Below are positions 1 through 8,980 of a DNA stretch of 18,670 nt, piece after piece. This stretch comes from a virus. Where the stretch lies: UHGV virus genome UHGV-1662908. One strand, written 5' to 3'. The notes below the pieces were generated by a model. That model ran no database searches, was not told the origin of the DNA, and was given only the letters and a program-made list of their open reading frames with translations. Every line of letters begins with the position of its first letter. Position 1 is the stretch's first letter. The position numbers and the translations under genes were made by a program.

Positions 1-2
1 CG

Positions 3-407
3 TTCCTGGCCCCCGTAGCCGCTGCTGCTGCCGTTGGGGCGGGTATGGCGCAGGTTTCCGCTATCAGGTCCGCACGTGAACAGGGTGGTCAGTTATCCGC
101 GGGACAGGCTTCCACCATCGCTGAACGCGGTAAACCGGAAGTTATCATGCCCGCTGGGGCATCGCGTGTGCGCACCGCGCAGCAGATGAAAGAAATTATG
201 GGGCAAAACGGGTCTTCTTCCGGTCCGTCTAATGTTACTATTGTGAACAACACTAGTTCTCAAATTGGCAACGTATCCACAGAGCAGGATGATGAAGGCC
301 GTTTGCGTATCATCATCGAAGAGCAAGTGGCGGCATCTTTGCAGAACAGCAACAGTAAGATTAGCAAGGCCCGCAAGGCCACAAGAAATGCGCCGGGGTT
401 CAAATAA
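3..407 (+). CDS. C-terminal part of a virion structural protein continuing from upstream of the window (possibly tape measure or other tail protein); 5'-truncated
   Basis: Frame is open from window position 3 with no upstream stop (ORF track lists 45..407). Stop overlaps the next start (TAATG), coupling it to the tail gene cluster. No diagnostic motif recognised. Confidence 0.45.
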   Translation, partial: FLAPVAAAAAVGAGMAQVSAIRSAREQGGQLSAGQASTIAERGKPEVIMPAGASRVRTAQQMKEIMGQNGSSSGPSNVTIVNNTSSQIGNVSTEQDDEGRLRIIIEEQVAASLQNSNSKISKARKATRNAPGFK

Positions 408-907
408 TGAGCGACTTATATTTCCCACGTAGCCTTAAGCCGGTGGTATCGAAAGGCTACTCAATGACCAGACGCAACAACGTCTGGAGCGTTGATTTAG
501 CCGGTGGCGGTGTGCGTCAGGGCCGCGACACGTATTACGACGTGTTCCCGATAAGCGTAACCCTGATTACATCAGCACTAGGGCGGCAGGCGTTTCTGTC
601 GTTCCTTGAGAAAGTCGATGGTGGTGCTTCAAGTTTCTGGATGGCGCATGACTTCGGCATGGGTATCGAGGATTATCAGGTAACTATCACGTCAACCATC
701 GCAGAGTCCACAGAAGATGGCATTAACTGGACGATTACTTTCACGGCAACCGCTGAGAAATCGCCGTTCCAGAACCTTGAGAATCAGTGCCTTGTTAACA
801 ATCTGCCCGATTTGTATGGTTGCTATGGTGACAGTCTGAGAGGTTTCCTTAAAGCCTACGGAACTGCACAATCAACGTTTCCACGAATTTGGGACCCGAT
901 GCAATGA
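407..907 (+). CDS. hypothetical minor tail / tail-tip protein (166 aa)
   Basis: ORF track 407..907 with ATG start; coupled to both neighbours by overlapping stop/start codons; position between structural protein end and tail-tip genes. Confidence 0.55.
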   Translation: MSDLYFPRSLKPVVSKGYSMTRRNNVWSVDLAGGGVRQGRDTYYDVFPISVTLITSALGRQAFLSFLEKVDGGASSFWMAHDFGMGIEDYQVTITSTIAESTEDGINWTITFTATAEKSPFQNLENQCLVNNLPDLYGCYGDSLRGFLKAYGTAQSTFPRIWDPMQ

Positions 908-1419
908 GCCAGGAATCAGTAGAAGCAGCCTATCGCCGTAAGCTGGCCTCAAATCCCGACGGCGAGATGGACTACATCACGTTGCAAATCAGCCATCCGT
1001 TGCTGTCAAAGACGTATTATCTTGTGCGCGGGCTACAGGAACTTACGGCGACACTGGAGACGGGCGAAACAATCACGTTCGAGCCAACCCCGATGGAAGC
1101 GGCGGGAGCCGCTAACAACAGTGATATGGACCAGACGACGACGTTCACTTTACCGGATATTCTCAATCAACTGGACGACGAGATGGATAAAATCCCGATG
1201 AGTAATACTGAGTTGCCGAAGTTTGTATTCCGCCGTTATGTCAGCACCGACCTGTCTTACCCAGCGGATGGTCCAGTCGCGTACGAGTTACAGGCCATCA
1301 ACCAGGAGAAAGGTGAATTCTCCGCGGATGTCGGTACACCTATGCTGAACCAACGAAGCACTGGTATACTGATGACACCTAAAGAAATACCGTTATTACG
1401 CGGCCTGTTGACCACATGA
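904..1419 (+). CDS. hypothetical minor tail protein (~171 aa)
   Basis: ORF track 889..1419 begins at a TTG; the first in-frame ATG (MSQESVEAAY...) is at 904 and overlaps the upstream stop as ATGA, so 904 is the likelier start. Confidence 0.5.
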   Translation: MSQESVEAAYRRKLASNPDGEMDYITLQISHPLLSKTYYLVRGLQELTATLETGETITFEPTPMEAAGAANNSDMDQTTTFTLPDILNQLDDEMDKIPMSNTELPKFVFRRYVSTDLSYPADGPVAYELQAINQEKGEFSADVGTPMLNQRSTGILMTPKEIPLLRGLLTT

Positions 1420-1781
1420 ATATTAACGACTACACGGGCATACCTTACGACTTTCGCAAACGTAATTGCTGGCATCACGTGCGCATTGTCCGCGCGGATG
1501 CCGGGTTAGAAACCCCGGCGTTCGACGTTACAAGCCCAACGGCAATTAACGACGCGTTTGACGAAGGCCATCGCAACACGAAGGGACTTACAAAAATTGA
1601 TAAGCCTGAAAACTTCTGTGCGGTGCTTATGGGGTATCGCCGCGGGGGTCGTATCGTGTGGCACGCAGGAGTTTACTTCGACGGGATGGTGAGCCATTGC
1701 GAGCTTGCGTCCCGGCAGGTACGGCTTGACAGGCTGGCAGACCTCAGAGACACGTACACGGAGATTGAATTTTGGCGATAA
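1416..1781 (+). CDS. small tail-associated protein, possibly NlpC/P60-like peptidase (lambda gpK-like)
   Basis: ORF track 1416..1781; ATGA overlap with upstream gene; Cys- and His-containing segments (NCWHHV ... WHAGVYFDGMVSHCE) resemble the NlpC/P60 catalytic Cys and His-containing strand. Pattern-based only. Confidence 0.4.
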   Translation: MNINDYTGIPYDFRKRNCWHHVRIVRADAGLETPAFDVTSPTAINDAFDEGHRNTKGLTKIDKPENFCAVLMGYRRGGRIVWHAGVYFDGMVSHCELASRQVRLDRLADLRDTYTEIEFWR

Positions 1782-4327
1782 TCCTGCACTACACGCGAAA
1801 CGCAGATGGCGCTTTCGACCGCACAAAACACGTCGGGATGCCGATGGAGTTTGTCGTTAACCGTATCCCCGACGGCGTGCCGGTGCGCGTCTACCTCGGC
1901 GAGATTGGTGACGATACCGACGTAACTGACGACTTCGACGCGCTTAAAGACGAAGACGCGGTGTACCACATTATTGAGGGTGCTGGTGGTGGTATAGGTA
2001 ACGCTATTGGGAAGGTGTTTGGTTTTATCCTTAAGCCAATCGCTAAGTTGTTTGGTCTTAACCGGACACCTAATGCCGACTACACGGCGACTAACAATCA
2101 GACAACGTCACCGAACAACAGCCTTACCGACCGTTCCAACAAGCCGCGCCCTTACGAGCGCTCTTATGACATATGCGGGACTGTACAGACAATTCCTAAT
2201 GACCTGATGCAGACGTACAAGGCGTTCAACTCCACGGGCGCTTTGCTGGAGTATTCGTACTACGACGCAGGGCGCGGGCATCTGCATATTGAGGCCAATG
2301 GCGTCACAGAGGGTGACACCTTGATAAGCGACATCACGGGTTCCTCTGTTGCCGTGTATGCGCCGTATACTTCCCCTAACAACACCACATCCCCTCAACT
2401 ACAAATCGGCGACGTCATTGACCAGAAACTCTATGTGACATACTCCAATGATGACGTCGACGGCATTGTACTGAAAGCGCCAAACGACATCGGAGCTAAC
2501 CCAACCTCCGGCGGCACTGCCAAACGTATCTCAACCACCGGCTACATCTATGACCCGTCGGGCGACTCTGCTTTTTCTGAGTTTCTTAGTGTCGGTGATG
2601 TCGCGGTGCTGAGCAACTTTGACGTACGCGATGTCACTAACCTGAACGGCTCATTTGAGGTTTTATATGTCGACGACTTTGAGGTTCGGTTGTACGTCGG
2701 GAATATAGGTAACTGGGGCAATCTTAGTAATGGGCAGACTTACGCCCTGACAGAGCGTTCGGATACGTTTATAGGCCCGAGCAACACGTACGATGTGTCC
2801 CTGACCGACTGGTATTACATGGTGCGCGGAGAAGTTGACCGAGTGCTCGCCAACGTTGCTGGTCAGAACGGCCTCTACAAATACGATGGCGGCTATAACC
2901 GCACCAGCGTAACCGTAGAACTCCAGTACCAGATGATTGATTCCCGGCGCAACCCGTTGGGTGATATTTACACGGTACAGGCTACAATTACGGGCAACAA
3001 TACCGACTACGTCGGCACGTCTATCTACGGTCAACTGCCGACCGCGTCCCGTTTCCGCGCCCGCATGCGCCGTATAACGAATTTCGATAAGGACTATGAC
3101 GGTACAGTAAGCGACGAGATAACGTTCATCAACCTGTACGGGCAGTCCCTGGACACAACCCCACACTACGGCAACAGAACTACCGTACATTGCGCCCGTA
3201 AACAGACGCCACGTGCCGCAAGTATCGACAACCCGGAACTGCGCATGATCGCAACCGAGATGTGTTACAAATACCGGGGAAATGGGGTATTTGATACAGT
3301 AATGACGCCGAATACGCAGGCGGTACAATCGCTAATCAGACTGGCGCGTGACCCGGCGGTGGGCAATCTGGAACTCACAACGGCAAACATGGATAAGTTA
3401 CTATCCGTGCAGGAAGAAATTGAGTCCTATTTCGGAAGTGAATTGGCGGGGCAGTTCTGCTACACATTCGACGACTACGACACAACTATGCAGGACATCG
3501 TTCAGACTATAGCTGAAGCCGTGTTCTGTACCGCGTACCGTAAAGGCGCGGATATTATGCTGCGATTCGACCGCCCAGTCGCTGGGCCAGAGATGGTGTT
3601 CACCCACCGCAGCAAAACTACCGGGACGGAGAAATGGTCCCGCACGTTCAACGATTCGACAACCTACGATAGTCTGTCGTTCTCGTACATCGACCCGGAT
3701 ACTAACGTACAGGAAACGATTTATATCCCGGAAGAACTTGGGGTAAACACCGAAGAATACGAATCGAAGGGGGTGCGCAACTACCAGCAAGCGTACTGGC
3801 TTGCGTGGCGTCGCTACCAACGCAACGCGTTAAGTAAAGTTGTCGTAGAGTTCGAAGCTACCGAAGAGGGGGCACTCGCTACACCGGGCGGCGTAATCAG
3901 TGTGGTTAAAGGCTCGCGTATCGCGCCACAGGACGGCTATGTTGTTGCCGTTAATGGGCTTACGCTGACGCTGTCTCAACCTGTTACGTTTACTCCGGGG
4001 GATGACCACTCCATCATCCTCAAGAAGCGCGACGGCTCGGTGCAGAGTATCTCTGTTATCAAAGGAAGTCACGACCGTGAGGTGGTTATGCTCTCCGCGC
4101 CGGAGGAGGCAATCTACACAGGGAATAGTGCACTAAAAACTGAGTTTTCATTCGGCAACGAAGCAAGGCATAATGCTCAGAAGATAGTTGTTTCCTCAAT
4201 CGACCCGGGCGACGACCGCACGGTCAGGATTACTGGTTACAACTATGACGATGGATTCTATAAATACGACGGCGTCGCGCCATACGGCAGCGGTTTCTCC
4301 GACGGGTACAGCAACGGTTTTAATTAA
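1772..4327 (+). CDS. large tail-tip / host-specificity-like structural protein (851 aa in track; start uncertain)
   Basis: Long ORF 1772..4327 directly after the small tail proteins and before the tail fiber. Track start is a TTG overlapping the upstream stop; first ATGs are at about 1838 and 1844 (MPMEF). A Gly-rich hydrophobic stretch lies near the N-terminus (GGGIGNAIGKVFGFILKPIAKLFG). Confidence 0.6.
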   Translation: MAIILHYTRNADGAFDRTKHVGMPMEFVVNRIPDGVPVRVYLGEIGDDTDVTDDFDALKDEDAVYHIIEGAGGGIGNAIGKVFGFILKPIAKLFGLNRTPNADYTATNNQTTSPNNSLTDRSNKPRPYERSYDICGTVQTIPNDLMQTYKAFNSTGALLEYSYYDAGRGHLHIEANGVTEGDTLISDITGSSVAVYAPYTSPNNTTSPQLQIGDVIDQKLYVTYSNDDVDGIVLKAPNDIGANPTSGGTAKRISTTGYIYDPSGDSAFSEFLSVGDVAVLSNFDVRDVTNLNGSFEVLYVDDFEVRLYVGNIGNWGNLSNGQTYALTERSDTFIGPSNTYDVSLTDWYYMVRGEVDRVLANVAGQNGLYKYDGGYNRTSVTVELQYQMIDSRRNPLGDIYTVQATITGNNTDYVGTSIYGQLPTASRFRARMRRITNFDKDYDGTVSDEITFINLYGQSLDTTPHYGNRTTVHCARKQTPRAASIDNPELRMIATEMCYKYRGNGVFDTVMTPNTQAVQSLIRLARDPAVGNLELTTANMDKLLSVQEEIESYFGSELAGQFCYTFDDYDTTMQDIVQTIAEAVFCTAYRKGADIMLRFDRPVAGPEMVFTHRSKTTGTEKWSRTFNDSTTYDSLSFSYIDPDTNVQETIYIPEELGVNTEEYESKGVRNYQQAYWLAWRRYQRNALSKVVVEFEATEEGALATPGGVISVVKGSRIAPQDGYVVAVNGLTLTLSQPVTFTPGDDHSIILKKRDGSVQSISVIKGSHDREVVMLSAPEEAIYTGNSALKTEFSFGNEARHNAQKIVVSSIDPGDDRTVRITGYNYDDGFYKYDGVAPYGSGFSDGYSNGFN

Positions 4328-4339
4328 AGAGGACTCTAT

Positions 4340-7213
4340 ATGTCAAGCGGATGCGGTGACGTTTTAAGCCTGGCGGATTTACAGACCGCCAAGAAACACC
4401 AGATTTTTGAGGCAGAGGTCATTACCGGTAAATCCGGTGGGGTTGCTGGGGGTGCTGACATTGACGAAGCAACGAACGCTGTAACAGGGCAGGTGCAAAA
4501 AACATTACCAGCTGTTCTTGATGATATTGCGTTGAATGTAGTGCCTTTTAGCAAACAATATTCGGACCTTGCTGCCGCGCAGGCAGATATAGCTAATATC
4601 CCAGTAAATTCCTATACGTATATCAGAGATTCGTCTGGCAGCGCATTGGCGCTGGAATACCAGAACGTAGCCGGGGTCTTGACAGCCACAGGCCGAAAAA
4701 TGCCTTCACGGGCATCAATGGTCATTGGTTCTGTAGATTCGTGGGTTAATAACAATCTTTACTCATTTGATTCATTTTCATCGCCAAACGAAAACTTGGT
4801 ATCAATGAGCGTAGCCGCAGTAGATACGATTGCGTACCGAGAGGCCTACTCCGCTTTATTATCTACAGTTGCAGCGGGCGACATTATCACTGTCCGTTAT
4901 AGATACAGCGGAACCGGAGGCGCCCCAACCATTGGATTAAAAACATCGCTGAACGGCACATTTGTGAGTAATCAGCCAACGCTGACCTCTTCAAATGACT
5001 GGCAGGAAGTGCAGCTTACCGCTACCGCAGCTACCGCAACGCTCCTGGCTATCGGGGTGAACACAAGGCTTGCAACCACTGTTCAGTTATCGATTATCGC
5101 CTACGCATCGAAGAAAAATGCTATTACCACGGCAATTCTTAACTCACTGGATAGCATTTCCAGTTTAAATGGGAAGGTGCGTATTGGTTCTGTGGATTCG
5201 TGGGTTAATAATACCGGATATCCATTTTCCACATTTTCCCAGGTCAATAACAACCGCGTGAACTACGCTAATGCTTCAGGCGTATACTCTGAAATGTACG
5301 CCAACGCTTCCGTTCCTTCAGGCGAGAAGGTAACGCTCAGCTACTCGCTGGATATTACTTCAGGTCGTTTATTCGCTCGACTTGCCAACGGTAGCAACTG
5401 GACCAGCGACGAAGTCCAATTGACTAATGGTGATGCACGGCAGACTGTTATCCTGACAGCTACGGCAGACACTAAGCAGATTAAAATCTACTCAAAAGCA
5501 GAAGTTTCATCAGGGAGTATATTTGCAGAGGTAAACTTCGGACAGAAAAACTCACTGACCGAACAGATTGACGCGCTATATTCTTCAATCGCTTCAGCCA
5601 ATGCTGTTCTTGCTATTTTGTCACAAGATTCTACCTTCGACTCTTTCGTTAACAGTTCACCTTACACCTATACTCTTTCCGATGCCGGAACCGCGTATAA
5701 GCAATTGATGAACACAATCACCCCAGTATCTGGCGTTTCAACCGTCAAGATGATGTATAAAATTGCATCATCTAATGCGGCACTGAAGATTCAGAGTCGT
5801 AATGGTAATGCGTGGGGGGCAAATGAAAAGGCTCTCATTGCAGACGGTAATTATCATGAAGTGGACCTCGCATTAGCTTCGGGGCAGGTTTTCTCTGGGT
5901 GGGGTGTGTACTCAGCAGCAAAATCAGGTGGGTATCAAGCCGATGTGACGATGATTCCTGTTTCTGCCGATGGGGTATTTTTCACCCCAGCCACAGCTAT
6001 TTTGTACGGACTCATGACGTCCGCAGATTCACTCAACACCAGAGTTACCGCACTGGAAAACGGGCAGGTCACTAACCAGAATACTGACGTTATTTTCCCG
6101 GCATATTTTTATGCTGTAGATGGTCGTCCATTGCGTTTTTATGGTGCCAATATGGTCAGTGGTGCTCGCCCGTGGCGAAATAATACTGACGTTGTGCTGT
6201 CCAGTCATGGGTATGAGGGAAAGCCAGTATTACTTAAAAATGTTGTGCCTGACGCAACGATAATGCCGTCAGAAATCAACGGACCAACGCTGAACGTTAA
6301 TGCTCGTGCTGATGGTTCTGGGGATGTATTTCGTAAGAAAGCTGCGTTCACCAAACTGGCGGCGACTCAGACCGGTAACGTGAAAGTCGCTACTATTATG
6401 GACTCACTTGGTGAACGTTGCGTTCCTTGGTTGTACTTCGCCATCAATGCCACTGGTGCTGCTTACGTAGGTGCTGGTTCCCGAACCACTCGTGGTATAA
6501 CGGACGAGGGAGGTTACACTCTGCCAAATACACCGTCAGCAGGCATTCCTTTTGACGGTCGTGGTGGCTGGACGACGTTCGACTACATCGGGAAGACGCA
6601 GAAGACGAACTTCTCGCAGCCATTCCTGCGTGACGCTACGAGCACAGATTTCTCTGCTTATCCGCAGTATTGCTTCGATAAAGCCTACTCCGGGCAGAGC
6701 TATGCAGATAACCCTAATCTGGAGGGGTATCACATTTTTGATGTGACGGCATGGATGGCAGCGGCTGGCGTGAGCGCATCAGACAAACTGGTTGTGGTTA
6801 TCCAACTGGGATACAATGATTTGTATTATAACTACACCCCGCAGCAGACCGCCGACGCGCAGGAGTTCATGATTGCGAAATTCCGTGAGAAAATAGCGGA
6901 TTCCCGTTTCGTTATTTCTCACCAGGCATTTGGCTGGTCGGGAGCAAGTGCACCCAAGAATTGGCCTGACTTTGCAAAATGGATAACGGAGAAGGTCAGG
7001 AAGTTCGACAATCGCCTTGGCGAGAAAATAATTGTGGCGCCTGCATGGGCGCAGATGAGCTACAAATACGGAATGAACGAAACTATCACAACAACCAGTG
7101 ATACTGGTGTCCAGACTGTATCGTTACCTGATGACGTCCATCCCGGAGAGCTTGGCGGGGCGCAGTGGGGTGACGCTCTGGTTGCTCCTGTTCTGGCGGC
7201 GTGGAGTTTATAA
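4340..7213 (+). CDS. tail fiber / tailspike protein with tandem internal repeat domains and C-terminal SGNH (GDSL-like) esterase domain
   Basis: ORF track 4340..7213; ATG preceded by AAAGAGGA RBS. Repeated segments GSVDSWVNN(N/T)..(F)S.FS at aa ~129 and ~282, with a weaker third copy at ~aa 430. C-terminal ~280 aa carry SGNH-like blocks: IMDSLGE (block I-like), LGYND (block III GxND), DDVHPGE (block V DxxH). Confidence 0.7.
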   Translation: MSSGCGDVLSLADLQTAKKHQIFEAEVITGKSGGVAGGADIDEATNAVTGQVQKTLPAVLDDIALNVVPFSKQYSDLAAAQADIANIPVNSYTYIRDSSGSALALEYQNVAGVLTATGRKMPSRASMVIGSVDSWVNNNLYSFDSFSSPNENLVSMSVAAVDTIAYREAYSALLSTVAAGDIITVRYRYSGTGGAPTIGLKTSLNGTFVSNQPTLTSSNDWQEVQLTATAATATLLAIGVNTRLATTVQLSIIAYASKKNAITTAILNSLDSISSLNGKVRIGSVDSWVNNTGYPFSTFSQVNNNRVNYANASGVYSEMYANASVPSGEKVTLSYSLDITSGRLFARLANGSNWTSDEVQLTNGDARQTVILTATADTKQIKIYSKAEVSSGSIFAEVNFGQKNSLTEQIDALYSSIASANAVLAILSQDSTFDSFVNSSPYTYTLSDAGTAYKQLMNTITPVSGVSTVKMMYKIASSNAALKIQSRNGNAWGANEKALIADGNYHEVDLALASGQVFSGWGVYSAAKSGGYQADVTMIPVSADGVFFTPATAILYGLMTSADSLNTRVTALENGQVTNQNTDVIFPAYFYAVDGRPLRFYGANMVSGARPWRNNTDVVLSSHGYEGKPVLLKNVVPDATIMPSEINGPTLNVNARADGSGDVFRKKAAFTKLAATQTGNVKVATIMDSLGERCVPWLYFAINATGAAYVGAGSRTTRGITDEGGYTLPNTPSAGIPFDGRGGWTTFDYIGKTQKTNFSQPFLRDATSTDFSAYPQYCFDKAYSGQSYADNPNLEGYHIFDVTAWMAAAGVSASDKLVVVIQLGYNDLYYNYTPQQTADAQEFMIAKFREKIADSRFVISHQAFGWSGASAPKNWPDFAKWITEKVRKFDNRLGEKIIVAPAWAQMSYKYGMNETITTTSDTGVQTVSLPDDVHPGELGGAQWGDALVAPVLAAWSL
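4724..4753 (+). repeat. direct repeat copy 1 inside tail fiber gene (~29 bp, near-identical to copy at ~5183)
   Basis: Encodes IGSVDSWVNN; read as attggttctgtagattcgtgggttaataa versus attggttctgtggattcgtgggttaataa in copy 2 (about 28/29 identical). Coordinates derived from codon positions. Confidence 0.6.
5183..5212 (+). repeat. direct repeat copy 2 inside tail fiber gene
   Basis: Second occurrence of the same ~29-bp segment, ~459 bp downstream of copy 1, encoding the same IGSVDSWVNN peptide. Confidence 0.6.
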
Positions 7214-7240
7214 AAAAAAGGGCCGAAAGGCCCTTTTCTC
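7213..7240. terminator. bidirectional rho-independent terminator between convergent tail and replication modules
   Basis: A-run, GC stem GGGCC, GAAA loop, GGCCC, then TTTTCTC; flanked by A-run on one side and T-run on the other, so it can terminate both strands. Lies at the 3' end of the tail fiber gene and of the minus-strand operon. Confidence 0.7.
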
Positions 7241-7377
7241 TACTCTTCTGATAACTTCTCCAGTACAAACGCCAGTTGCGCATTAGCGGCGTCTCTTTGC
7301 TGCCGTAGGCGTAGAACCTCCTCTTCAAGTTCCTTGATACGTTTTTGCAATGCCGGAATCGGAGCTATGATGTTCAT
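7240..7377 (-). CDS. small hypothetical protein (~45 aa, predicted coiled coil)
   Basis: Not in the ORF track (under 60 aa). My translation gives MNIIAPIPALQKRIKELEEEVLRLRQQRDAANAQLAFVLEKLSEE; its ATG overlaps the stop of the upstream 61-aa ORF (ATGA) and it ends at the terminator. Confidence 0.3.
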   Translation of the reverse strand: MNIIAPIPALQKRIKELEEEVLRLRQQRDAANAQLAFVLEKLSEE

Positions 7378-7559
7378 TTCTCACCTTCGCTTTTCTTGAA
7401 GCTGCGCTTTATGTCCGGCAGCGTGTAACATCGTGACTTTTCGTATTTACCGTTCGAGCTTACCAAAACAAAGCTGTTGCCGTCTTTTGATATGTACTCG
7501 ATGGTGAAAGTATTGAATGTGCGTATGCTGTATATTTCATCACCAACATTAAGTTTCAT
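7374..7559 (-). CDS. hypothetical protein (61 aa)
   Basis: ORF track 7374..7559; start overlaps the helicase stop; last in the minus-strand operon. Confidence 0.45.
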   Translation of the reverse strand: MKLNVGDEIYSIRTFNTFTIEYISKDGNSFVLVSSNGKYEKSRCYTLPDIKRSFKKSEGEK

Positions 7560-8980
7560 TTCTTACCTCGTCTCTTCATGTAATTAAGCAACTCTTCCTG
7601 TACCGATTTTTTCTCGTCCGTACGCGCGGCAACAACCTCGTCCAGCGTGTCTTTAGCGACGATGTGGTAGAGGAACACCGGGCGCTCGTGTCCTGCCTGT
7701 TTCTGACGGACTGGACCTATACGCTCAACGACCTGCAAATAGTGCTCAAGGTTCCATCCCTGACTTATGAACGCCAGATGATGCCCGCCGTCCTGTAAAT
7801 TTAAACCATGACCGGCTGACGCAGGGTGGACGCATAGTATTTCGATTTCACCACGGTTCCACGCTTCCATCTGCTTATTACCCTTAGCGCCTTTTGCAAA
7901 CGCCTGTGCCTGCGGGAAACGTTTCAGGATGCGTTCCAGTTCGTGCTTGAACTGATAAGCCACAAGCAGCGGCGCGCCCTGTAACTCCTCGACAATTGAC
8001 TCAAGCGCGTCAAGTTTCGTATCGTGCACTTTCTCCCAGTCTTTGGTTGCTTCGCCGTCTGGCCCTGACACATATACGGCACCGGAGGCAATCTGCAAAC
8101 ACTTCGACGTCTTCGCCGCAGCGTTAGCGGCTTCAACCTCCCCGCTCTCCAGTTCCGCGAATAACTTCTCCTCCATATCGATGTACGCCTGACGTGCTTT
8201 CTTCGGCAGGTCGATTTCCACTGGCACGATAACAGGCGCTTCACACCCGAACCACTCGGCAGCGTCAATCGTGAGACTGATGTCCTTCATCTTCTGGTGA
8301 ATTTCGTTATCCGCCCCCGGGCGCGCATGATACTCTCGCGCCATAGCGGACTTACCCTTCTGGACCGAATTAAACCAGCGGTCGGTGAACGCGGTGTATG
8401 AAGAACCCAGTCGCTCGCCAGCGTCAATAAACCAGTTCTGCCCCCACAAGTCCTTCAGGCCGTTTGGTGATGGCGTACCTGTCAGGTTGATAAAACGCTT
8501 AACCTTACCGAATGCCACTTTGCTAAGCGCCTTTGCCCGCTTGCTTCCGCCGGAACGGCTGCGGAATGATTTAAGTTTCGTGCTTTCATCGGCAACGATA
8601 ACCGTAAAAGGCCAGTCGTCTTTGCCGTAGTAGTCAATCAGCCATTCGATAACTTCATAGTTCGTGCACACCACGTTAGCGTATGACTCCAGCGCCGCGA
8701 TGCGGCGCTTCTCCGAACCCGTGGCATCGACGACACTCAGGCATGGGAATCGCCATTTCTCTTGTTCTGCTGGCCATGTGCCGGACGCAACGCGCAGCGG
8801 AGCTAGTATTAACACGCGGTCGTCATCGTTAAGTTGGCCGTTGCGGAACAGTCGGTTTAATGCCCACAGTACGCTGCCAGTCTTCCCGGCACCCATGCTT
8901 GCCCATATGTTGCAGCGATTGTGCCGCAACATAAACGAAGTCATGAGCTTTTGGTACTCGCGCCTTTGAAACTTAGACAT
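7556..8980 (-). CDS. SNF2/DEAD-like superfamily 2 helicase (~474 aa)
   Basis: Track ORF 7556..9298, but its first ~106 codons overlap the upstream gene and look non-protein-like; likely start is the internal ATG (MSKFQRREYQ) at 8980. Motifs: Walker A GAGKTGS, DExx box VIVADEST, SNF2-type motif III LTGTPSPN. Confidence 0.8.
   Translation of the reverse strand: MSKFQRREYQKLMTSFMLRHNRCNIWASMGAGKTGSVLWALNRLFRNGQLNDDDRVLILAPLRVASGTWPAEQEKWRFPCLSVVDATGSEKRRIAALESYANVVCTNYEVIEWLIDYYGKDDWPFTVIVADESTKLKSFRSRSGGSKRAKALSKVAFGKVKRFINLTGTPSPNGLKDLWGQNWFIDAGERLGSSYTAFTDRWFNSVQKGKSAMAREYHARPGADNEIHQKMKDISLTIDAAEWFGCEAPVIVPVEIDLPKKARQAYIDMEEKLFAELESGEVEAANAAAKTSKCLQIASGAVYVSGPDGEATKDWEKVHDTKLDALESIVEELQGAPLLVAYQFKHELERILKRFPQAQAFAKGAKGNKQMEAWNRGEIEILCVHPASAGHGLNLQDGGHHLAFISQGWNLEHYLQVVERIGPVRQKQAGHERPVFLYHIVAKDTLDEVVAARTDEKKSVQEELLNYMKRRGKK

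Noticed and set aside
2007-4072. Minus- and plus-strand ORFs (66-221 aa) overlapping the 851-aa tail-tip gene
   Set aside because: Embedded within a long continuous + strand ORF in a structural operon; no motifs or coupling signals; treated as spurious.
7086-7328. 80-aa minus-strand ORF and 62-aa plus-strand ORF spanning the tail fiber 3' end and terminator
   Set aside because: They run through the terminator hairpin and overlap the tail fiber coding end; a shorter coupled 45-aa ORF (7240..7377) is a better explanation for coding in this gap.
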